Assembly (NCBI GenBank): GCA_020633975.1
Contig: JACKCR010000009.1
Span: 155,119 to 219,118, forward strand
DNA from: Candidatus Eiseniibacteriota bacterium
GTDB lineage: Bacteria; Eisenbacteria; RBG-16-71-46; CAIMUX01
Direction of reading: 5' to 3'
Length of the DNA: 64,000 bases
A program made the position numbers and the translations under genes. Positions 53,070-60,162 of this stretch are shown one piece after another (positions within the stretch are counted from its first letter, which is position 1; every line of letters begins with the position of its first letter). The notes below the pieces were generated by a model, which made no database searches, was not told where the DNA came from, and saw only the letters and a program-made list of their open reading frames with translations.

Positions 53070-53440
53070 CTTCGTCTCCTCCTTCTTTCTCGCCTGGACC
53101 CGGGAAGTGTAGGAGACGAAGCCACCGCGGAGACGCATGTGACGTCGAGATTGCAGAAACCTCACATGACGAAGTCGAGTGATCGTGAGGACTGGGGCGC
53201 GCACAGCCTCGTCGGCGAAGCGGGGCGTCCGGCGTCGGCGGTCCGAAGGTCGAGGCCCCGTAGCCGTTGCAGAGACGTTCGTAGGTTCTACATGGAGAAC
53301 CATCGCTCGTCCGGGATCGTCGCGTTCCGGGACTTCCAAACTCCTCCACTGGAGCGCTCCTGTAACGCCATGTCATAAAATGGTTTGCCGCGATCGATCC
53401 TGGAGGGTGACCCGGCTTCGGACGCGCCTCGAGAGTGGCT

Positions 53441-53455
53441 TGGCACGCCTCCTGC
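53441..53455 (+). promoter_or_regulatory. Candidate sigma-54 (-24/-12) promoter, TGGCACG-N4-CTGC
   Basis: TGGCACGCCTCCTGC matches the TGGCACG-N4-TTGC consensus with one mismatch. It sits about 80 nt upstream of the lmo0937-like ORF. rpoN and a sigma-54 activator are both encoded in the window. Confidence 0.4.
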
Positions 53456-53535
53456 CACCTATCCCTTTGGATTCGAAACTCCACGACGCCGTGCGAAGGA
53501 CTCGTATCGGTGCCAGTGGGGAGGAGGAGGAAGAG

Positions 53536-53682
53536 ATGCTGTTCATGCTCGCACTGCTGTTCATGACTGCCTGGATACTCGGCTTGGTCACTGGATACGC
53601 GTTCGGTGGACTCCTTCACTTCCTTCTGTTCCTCGCCTTCGTGGCCATGATCGCGAGAGTCCTCCATAGAAAGACGACCTAG
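53536..53682 (+). CDS. lmo0937-family small membrane protein (48 aa)
   Basis: MLFMLALLFMTAWILGLVTGYAFGGLLHFLLFLAFVAMIARVLHRKTT fits the two-helix G..GG..H motif of that family. Strong SD GGAGGAGGAGG lies 5 nt upstream. Confidence 0.55.
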   Translation: MLFMLALLFMTAWILGLVTGYAFGGLLHFLLFLAFVAMIARVLHRKTT

Positions 53683-53793
53683 TGAAGCTGGAGTTCCTGT
53701 GTCGTGCGTGGGAGCCGCATCGGGCGCCCCACGAGGCACGATGCGAACTCCACGCATAGAGGCACTCGCGTCCCCAAGGAAAGGAGACACACC

Positions 53794-54150
53794 ATGAACA
53801 CCAAGAATCATCTGCTCTCTGCTGGTTCGCTCATGAGCGACAAGGTGAAGAACATGCAGGGTGACGATCTCGGCAAGCTCGAAGAGATCATGCTCGACAC
53901 CACGAACGGCAAGATCGCCTACGGCGTTCTCTCCTTCGGCGGATTCCTCGGCATGGGTGACAAGCTCTTCGCAGTGCCGTGGACCGCGCTCAGCGTCGAC
54001 CGCAAGGAGAAGTGCCTGCGTCTCGACTGCGACAAGAAGGCTCTCGAGAATGCGCCGGGCTTCAACAAGGACAGCTGGCCCGACATGGCCGACCCCGCGT
54101 GGTTCGTCCCGGTCCACTCGTACTACAAGCAGCCTCAGCCGGTGATGTGA
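53794..54150 (+). CDS. PRC-barrel domain protein
   Basis: GDDLGKLEEIMLDTTNGKIAYGVLSFGGFLGMGDKLFAVPW is a canonical PRC-barrel motif. AAGGAGA lies 7 nt upstream of the ATG. Confidence 0.75.
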   Translation: MNTKNHLLSAGSLMSDKVKNMQGDDLGKLEEIMLDTTNGKIAYGVLSFGGFLGMGDKLFAVPWTALSVDRKEKCLRLDCDKKALENAPGFNKDSWPDMADPAWFVPVHSYYKQPQPVM

Positions 54151-54314
54151 TCTCGTTCCCGGGGAATCGTCGATGCGGGCCGCACTGCGAACGTCTCGAC
54201 GTTTGTGGGCGTGCGGTTCCCCGGGGTCGCGAACACATGAAGTTTCGGATCGCCGTTCTGGACGCAAGTTCGGAGAACGATGCGCAAGTGTCGGGAGTGC
54301 CCGGCGATCCGAGT

Positions 54315-54343
54315 AGAGAGGGCGGCGGCGGGCCGCCCTCTCT
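54315..54343. terminator. Perfect 12-bp GC-rich hairpin (AGAGAGGGCGGC ggcgg GCCGCCCTCTCT) about 165 nt downstream of the PRC-barrel gene
   Basis: Read from the sequence. No U-tract. Confidence 0.4.
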
Positions 54344-54424
54344 CAATTCCTCCCTTCGAGCGCTCGATGGAACGCAGATCATCGACCACCCGCCGACCTG
54401 TCTGCCGCGAACAAGGAGTTCGAG

Positions 54425-54694
54425 ATGACGACGATGGCACTGACGCTGCCCGACTTCGTTCTCGGTTGGATCGAAGAACAGGTGCGATGTGGTCGAGAGG
54501 TGTGCGTCTCCGACTACCTCGAGGAGTTCGCGCGTCGCGAGAGGATCCGGCGCATGCGTACCCGGATGGAGGAGCTGCTCACGAGTGGGCTCCGTCGGGA
54601 GGAGTTGGTTCAGGCGACGCCGGAGTATTGGGAGCGGAAGCGGGTGGAGTTGGCACGAGGACGAAGTACGCATCCGCCCGATCCCGTTCGATAG
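54425..54694 (+). CDS. ParD/COG3609-like ribbon-helix-helix antitoxin (apparently orphan)
   Basis: MALTLPDFVLGWIEEQVRCGREVCVSDYLEEFARRERIRR is paralogous (about 45% identity) to the ORF at 63625. No intact ParE/RelE-like toxin ORF follows. Confidence 0.65.
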   Translation: MTTMALTLPDFVLGWIEEQVRCGREVCVSDYLEEFARRERIRRMRTRMEELLTSGLRREELVQATPEYWERKRVELARGRSTHPPDPVR

Positions 54695-54885
54695 CGCGTC
54701 AGTTCAACCAGCCATCCAGGATGGCGAGGCGCTACTCGACGCATCGACGCATCACTTGATCCAGGTGGAAGCAGTCGAGCGCCGCGATCGTTTCGCAGAT
54801 GAGGAGCGGTGTGCTCCGGTCGAACACACGGCTGGATTCGCCGCGGGCCATCACTCGAGGTCGCTCGTGGTCGCGGGGCCGGGCA

Positions 54886-56466
54886 TCAACCCCGGAAGTC
54901 GGAGAGATCGATCCCCAGCTTCTCGGTGAGCCGGTAGAGCGCGGAGCGGTGGATCCCGAGCAGTTGCGCTGCTGCCGTCACCGATCCACTCGTCTGCTTG
55001 AGTGAGTCGCGCACTAGTTCCGGTACGCTGGACATAGTGGCCACATTCACCGTCTTCGACCGAGGCTCCCACGACGAGATGAACCGCCCCTGGTTCATCG
55101 TGACGAGTCGGAAGACTTCGTTCCGCAACTCGCGCACATTCCCCGGCCAATCGTGATTCATGAGACGACGTAGCGCCTGCTTGGAGATGCCCTTGACCGA
55201 ACCCAGGCCGTTCCGGCGAGCGAGGTCGATGAAGTACGGCACTAGTAGCTCGATGTCTTCTGCGTGCTCACGCAGCGCCGGAACCTCGAGCCGAATGATG
55301 TCCAGACGGAAGAGAAGATCCTGCCGGAACTGACCGTCCTGCACGAGCTGATCGATGTTTCGATTCGTCGCCGCGATGATGCGGATGTCGACGTTCTCGA
55401 TCCGATCGGAGCCAACCGGACGCACCTCGCCATTCTCGAGCATGCGAAGCAGGCGGGTTTGGAAATCCGTCGACAGCTCTCCCACCTCATCGAGAAGGAG
55501 AGTTCCGCCGTGAGCCGTGCGAGAGAGCCCCTTCCGACTTCCCGTCGCTCCCGTGTAGGCGCCACGCACATACCCGAAGAGCTCCGAGTCGAACAGCTCT
55601 CCCGAACTCGTCCCACAGTTGAACGGCACGAACTCGGCCGCCGCGCGAGCGCTCCGCATATGGATGCGGCGAGCGACCAGCTCCTTGCCTACACCGGTCT
55701 CTCCTAGAAGAAGGATCGGCGCATTGCTGTTCGCCGCGGCGTCGACTGTCTTCAGGAAGGCGAGGAAGTGCGGGCTGCGTCCGGCAACGAGGTCCGGTTG
55801 GCTTCCAGGGCTCGCGAAGCTGGGAGAGTCGAGTGACGAAGTTGTCGCCGCGGTGACGGCTGAGTCGTTGATGCCCGAGGCGTCGGAAACCGAAGTGGCG
55901 AGGGCCTGCGTTTGCGCCGGGCCGTCGCTCTGCGTCGTGGCATCTTGCCGACCACGTTCGTCGCGCTCGTGGGCGCGGATGTCGCGGATCGGAGTCTGAT
56001 TGTGGGCGGCCTCGATGAGGCGCGCGACGCGGTGGATCTCGAACTGCTCGCCGAACTCTTCGAGAGTGGCGTGGATGGCTTCGAGTTCTTCGAGGGCCTC
56101 GGCCCAAGAGCCCTGGCAGAGGAGTGCCTGGGCGGCGACGCGGGCGGCGAAGGCGGCTTCTAGGCGGTTGCCGCGACCGGCGAAGTCGTCACGTGCTTCG
56201 ACGGCAAGCTTGCGTGCGAGAGGCGCGTTGCCGAGGCCGAGTTCGGCTTCGGCGAGACGGTACTGTGGCTCGAATTGGGCTTCGGGGTCACCGGATGCGA
56301 CGCCGATTCGGTGGGCCCGGGAGAGGAGTCGACGTGCGCGGTGGAAGTTCCCTTCGGCGAGGCGGAGTTCGCCGAGGTACTCGTACGTCCCGCACGTATG
56401 GCGGGACAGCCGCTTGGTACGGCTATCGTGAAGAGCGCGAGTTAGGATTGACCTCGCCTCCATCAT
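54886..56466 (-). CDS. Sigma-54-dependent transcriptional activator (TPR-like N-region, AAA+ sigma-54 interaction domain, C-terminal Fis-type HTH)
   Basis: Walker A GETGVGKE, GAFTGA-equivalent ELFGYVRGAYTGA, Walker B LLLDEVGEL, HTH AAAQLLGIHRSALYRL. Confidence 0.85.
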   Translation of the reverse strand: MMEARSILTRALHDSRTKRLSRHTCGTYEYLGELRLAEGNFHRARRLLSRAHRIGVASGDPEAQFEPQYRLAEAELGLGNAPLARKLAVEARDDFAGRGNRLEAAFAARVAAQALLCQGSWAEALEELEAIHATLEEFGEQFEIHRVARLIEAAHNQTPIRDIRAHERDERGRQDATTQSDGPAQTQALATSVSDASGINDSAVTAATTSSLDSPSFASPGSQPDLVAGRSPHFLAFLKTVDAAANSNAPILLLGETGVGKELVARRIHMRSARAAAEFVPFNCGTSSGELFDSELFGYVRGAYTGATGSRKGLSRTAHGGTLLLDEVGELSTDFQTRLLRMLENGEVRPVGSDRIENVDIRIIAATNRNIDQLVQDGQFRQDLLFRLDIIRLEVPALREHAEDIELLVPYFIDLARRNGLGSVKGISKQALRRLMNHDWPGNVRELRNEVFRLVTMNQGRFISSWEPRSKTVNVATMSSVPELVRDSLKQTSGSVTAAAQLLGIHRSALYRLTEKLGIDLSDFRG

Positions 56467-57209
56467 AGAACCAATGCGGACTGATGCAGGCCCCCTGGCC
56501 GACCATAGACATCAACTCGCTCGTACCCGCTGCGATCTCGTGCGAGAGAGCACGTGCCTGGGTGTAGTGGGAACGAGCGGAAAGCAAGCGCCCCGTGGCT
56601 AGATAGAGACCGCCCAACTGCAGGGTCGCCCGCGCCATTTCGACAATGATGCCGGCCTCGGTCGCCATCTCCAATGCTTCGACGAAAGCACGCCTCAGCC
56701 ATGGCGAAGCGCGATAGCATCCGTTGTGACGCGCCGAGGGCGTTCAGGGACTCAACCAGCCGATGGTTCTCTCCACACGTTTCGAAGCATGCAATCGATG
56801 AACGGAATGCGCGGCTTGCTTCCTTTGTGAAGCCCAATCGGTACTCGCAGGTGCCTCGTAGACTGAACACTAGTCCATCAAGTCTCGGGATCCCGGTCGG
56901 GGCTGCGCTCGAGATGATGTTGAGGGCCGACTCCCTTCGTCCACGGAGAAGCTCGGCCCGAGCCCGTAGGAACCGGCCAAGAGCTTGCAACGAGGAATCT
57001 GAAGTTGGCATGCCATCGAGCATTGCCTCCAGCTGATCCCAATGACCGAGTTTGCAGAGAGCGTTACCACGGATCTCAAGGTAGTCCGCCGACAGCGCAA
57101 CGTCCTCGGGGAGAGAGGCTAGCTCCTTCAGGCAGTCTTCGCACCGCCCGGCGTCGAGCAGCGTTCTGGCGAGAGTAAGACTTGTGCTGGTTTCACTTGG
57201 ACGCATCAT
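56463..57209 (-). pseudogene. TPR-repeat coding region split over two further frames (57209->about 56700 frame A; 56674->56423 frame B) and feeding into the activator frame: a frameshifted N-terminal part of the activator, or indel errors
   Basis: TPR-like translations continue across each frame switch (...LVESLNALGASQRMLSRFAMAEA | MARATLQLGGLYLATGRLLSARSHYTQARAL... | MMEARSILTRAL...). The frame-A start overlaps the upstream small gene by ATGA. Confidence 0.45.
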
Positions 57210-57505
57210 TCTTTGTCCATGAAGAGGTCGAAGATGGCAACGAGATGGTGAAGGAGCTGCTCGCCCCAATCCTGGGCGCGGCTTGCGCCACTGGACGAAA
57301 CCAGGTCTGTGGCGTCTGTCTCGCCATCAGCGATTTGCTGGTCTTCCCACGGCAGTTCGTCAGGAATCAGCTCCGGAGCCTGAACCGGCGGCGGCATGTA
57401 CGCATCCGCTCTCGCAGAGAAGATCGTCAGTGTTCCGAAAATGAGGAAGAAAAGGACGACAGATCTGGTTGCCCCTGACCAGATGCGGTTCCTTCGGTTT
57501 GACAT
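57206..57505 (-). CDS. Small signal-anchored protein (99 aa), translationally coupled to the TPR/sigma-54 activator region
   Basis: MSNRRNRIWSGATRSVVLFFLIFGTLTIFSARA; AGGGGG lies 8 nt before the ATG at 57505. Stop/start ATGA at 57206-57209. Confidence 0.45.
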   Translation of the reverse strand: MSNRRNRIWSGATRSVVLFFLIFGTLTIFSARADAYMPPPVQAPELIPDELPWEDQQIADGETDATDLVSSSGASRAQDWGEQLLHHLVAIFDLFMDKE

Positions 57506-57765
57506 CCGAATACCCCCTGAAATGGCAACCCCGTCCACGAAAGTGGGAATCGATTGAGGTGCGGCTAGGGTAGTCGCCGGAAGGGTCATCTGTCAAAGAG
57601 ATTAACAGGGGTCCGGAGGACTCAACCTCGCCAGAACCAAGGGGATACCCTCGGTTTGTTCGGGTCGGAAGGTGCCTTCGCAGCGTGGCGGATCGGTAGG
57701 TCGGTTTCGATGAAGGAGACCTTATGCCGCGCCACCGGTGGCGGGCCGTCGACTTGGGGATCTGG

Positions 57766-58593
57766 CTAGGCGGCTTCGCTCCTCAGCCCGACTCCTCCGC
57801 AGTGTTCCCGACACACCTCGTAGTACGTCCGGTGGACCGTCACCAGCGCCTCGCGACTGAGGCGTGCTTGAGGCTGTGGTAGGACGACGTGCTGTCCGCT
57901 CGTGGCTTGGTCGATGCGGTCACCGAGTGCGCGAGCGACGCCCTTGCCGATCACGATGGTGAAGCTCGGCGAGGCTTCGCGCACGACGTCACGGACGTGC
58001 AGATCCCAGCTCGTTTGGATCGCGAGACGTTGCTGTGCCGCACTTGGCTTTGTTCCGCCGGGTCGGTAGAGGGCGACGATGCTCGCGTCGACGAGCCAGA
58101 CGCCGCGTTCGCGGAGTTCCTCGAGTAGTTGGAGTTTCCGCCTGATGCGCCTCTCGTACGTCGTGTGCGACTTCAAGACTTCGATCGGGCTCTTGGTCGA
58201 CGAGGACGTGGCCAGCGGAGTTCGGCCTGCGATGTCGTTCACGGAGCTCCAGAGGAGCTTCCAGAACTGGGGTGAGCCGTTGTTCATTCGCGATCTGGAG
58301 GTGCGAGTAGGTGTGGGCATCGGGTGGCCGATGTATCTCGGCTCTCCGTATCCGAGGCAGTAGATGAATCGTGCGAACGTGTCGGGGAGGTCACCGAATC
58401 GCGGCTCGTCGGCACCGCGCATCTCGACGAGTTCGTCCTCGTCCGTGAAGACGTGGGATTCGGCGAGGAGGAGGACGCTTGGATGCGCGGGACGCCAATG
58501 CTCTCGGTGGGCATCGACGGCTTGGACGGCGAGCCAGGAGTCGGCGTGGCCTTCCAGGATGGCGGCGACTCGATCGTAGGTGTCGCGGTTCAC
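57766..58593 (-). CDS. Hypothetical protein (276 aa, GTG start) downstream of the McrBC-like pair
   Basis: The GTG at 58593 is preceded by AAGGAGGAGG (8-nt spacer). No family recognised; no signal peptide. Confidence 0.5.
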   Translation of the reverse strand: MNRDTYDRVAAILEGHADSWLAVQAVDAHREHWRPAHPSVLLLAESHVFTDEDELVEMRGADEPRFGDLPDTFARFIYCLGYGEPRYIGHPMPTPTRTSRSRMNNGSPQFWKLLWSSVNDIAGRTPLATSSSTKSPIEVLKSHTTYERRIRRKLQLLEELRERGVWLVDASIVALYRPGGTKPSAAQQRLAIQTSWDLHVRDVVREASPSFTIVIGKGVARALGDRIDQATSGQHVVLPQPQARLSREALVTVHRTYYEVCREHCGGVGLRSEAA

Positions 58594-58752
58594 GGGTGGG
58601 GCCTCCTCCTTGTTGGTATCGACAGGGCGAGGAGGGTTGCGGCGTTTGGTCGAGGGAGGAGGCTTCGACCCCAGCCGGACATGGGCCGAACTCCTTCGCC
58701 GTTTTGCCGCGAAAGCGGAACGACCGATCGTGTCTGTACGCGGATGATCTGC

Positions 58753-58815
58753 GATGGCTGAGAATGCCCCCATTTTCGACCATTGGATGGCTGAGAATGG
58801 GGGCATTTTCGTGCA
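58753..58815. repeat. Two 27-bp direct repeats, GATGGCTGAGAATG[CCCCC/GGGGG]CATTTTCG, whose 13-bp cores are reverse complements of each other (12-bp inverted repeat AATGCCCCCATT / AATGGGGGCATT)
   Basis: Read from the sequence at 58753-58779 and 58785-58811. Lies in the 345-nt gap between the McrC-like gene and the 276-aa gene. Confidence 0.55.
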
Positions 58816-58938
58816 CTGGAGGGGGTGTCTACCGTTCAGAAACGTCAAGAGACCGGGACGGCTCGTTGGGTGTGCTTGGGAACGCACCGATACCGCGACT
58901 TCCAAGCCCGGCCCGACGGCGCCCCGACGAGAGCCGGA

Positions 58939-60162
58939 TCAACCCAAGCGACCGACCCGCCCACCCTCATCACCGACACCTTCCAACGGCAACGCCCGAA
59001 GCATCTCCCGCCCCGCCTTCTCCAGATCCCCCGACAGGTCGAACGTCAGCGTCCGGAACTCGATCGAACCGACCGTGGTCTCGACAGGATGTTCGAGGGG
59101 GCGAGGGTAGATGAGCCCGGACTGTTTGCAGCCGAGCGACTCGGCGTAGGCGATGACCTGTTGAACGTCCTCTGACGCAGGGGCCCCCGGCTTCTTGTAC
59201 TTCGTGTCGAGTACGAGTACGGGGGCGCCGAGTTCACGATCGTGGATGACTAGGTCCACGAGGAAGCGGAGCACGCCTTCCCGATCGAGACCGACCGCTT
59301 GCTGCTCTCGTAGCTCGTACCTCGAAGGCAGGTTCTGTCGTAGCCAAACAGCGACGAACTTCTCGAACAGCTTGGCCATGTCGACCAGGAACGGAAGCAT
59401 CCTGCGATCGCCGAAGTCGTGCGTGGGACCAGTGTGGTCCAAGAAGAACCGACAGAGGGCGTGCATCGGTTCGTAGTCTTGGTTCAGCCGGTTGTAGGTT
59501 CGGCCTCCACAGTTCGGGCCGGTGTAGGGCACGAGTCGTGCCGCACCCTGAACACATCGAAACGCGCGACGCACGGTGGGCGCGATCCGAGGCGAACAGA
59601 TTCCGCTACGGCAGATTAGGAACAGCGTCCACGCGAGGATCTGGTTCTCCTCGAGATCGCTCGTGTGCTCTTGGTAGGCGCAGTCCAGCGTGACGTCCCA
59701 GGGTCGCCGGAGTACGCGGTCGACCTGGAGCGAGCCTCGGACGTAGGGAAGACGATCCTCTTCTGGAACGTACGAACGGTAGAGGCCGGCACGGGAGCGG
59801 TCGAGAACACGGAGAGCGAGGACGTTGGCGAGTCGCTCGTAGTACTCCTCGATACTGGTGACCGTCGTCGATCCGTCGAGGATCTCGATCTCGATGTCGT
59901 ACGCGTACTCGAGCATGCGGAACAGGTTCGCGATCGGAACCTTGGGCAGTAGAGAAAGGCCGAGACCTTCTTCGATGGGAATGAACCCGACCCAACCATT
60001 GGAGGTCAGCTGCCAGCGGCCGTCCGTCTTGAAGGACGGCGTGTCGATCGAGACCTGGGACCGGTAGTTGTCGTAGAGGTACTTGCCTGCCGTCTCGGAG
60101 ATCCGACCGGCGTCGACTCCGAGGGGTTGGTACTCGACCAGTTCGAGAACTTTGGTCGTCAC
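58939..60162 (-). CDS. McrC-like PD-(D/E)xK nuclease subunit
   Basis: About 400 aa; C-terminal LVDLVIHD...VLDTKYK (D...D-x-K) nuclease motif. 4-nt overlap with the upstream McrB-like gene. Confidence 0.72.
   Translation of the reverse strand: MTTKVLELVEYQPLGVDAGRISETAGKYLYDNYRSQVSIDTPSFKTDGRWQLTSNGWVGFIPIEEGLGLSLLPKVPIANLFRMLEYAYDIEIEILDGSTTVTSIEEYYERLANVLALRVLDRSRAGLYRSYVPEEDRLPYVRGSLQVDRVLRRPWDVTLDCAYQEHTSDLEENQILAWTLFLICRSGICSPRIAPTVRRAFRCVQGAARLVPYTGPNCGGRTYNRLNQDYEPMHALCRFFLDHTGPTHDFGDRRMLPFLVDMAKLFEKFVAVWLRQNLPSRYELREQQAVGLDREGVLRFLVDLVIHDRELGAPVLVLDTKYKKPGAPASEDVQQVIAYAESLGCKQSGLIYPRPLEHPVETTVGSIEFRTLTFDLSGDLEKAGREMLRALPLEGVGDEGGRVGRLG

Noticed and set aside
51679-54267. Several long ORFs: 51679..52755 -, 52206..53378 +, 52756..54267 -, 52541..53182 +
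   Set aside because: They overlap or lie antisense to the GAF-PP2C, lmo0937-like and PRC-barrel genes. Translations are low-complexity Arg/Pro/Gly-rich. No SD or motif support.
54237-54428. 63-aa upstream ORF (MKFRIAVLDASSEND...) ending in an ATGA overlap with the ParD start
   Set aside because: No SD. The sequence spans the GC-rich terminator-like hairpin at 54315-54343. No conserved features. The overlap is probably coincidental.
54694-54886. Possible ParE/RelE toxin remnant after the first ParD
   Set aside because: No frame gives a recognisable RelE/ParE fold signature. Only short stop-free stretches. Kept as a finding about the orphan antitoxin rather than as a feature.
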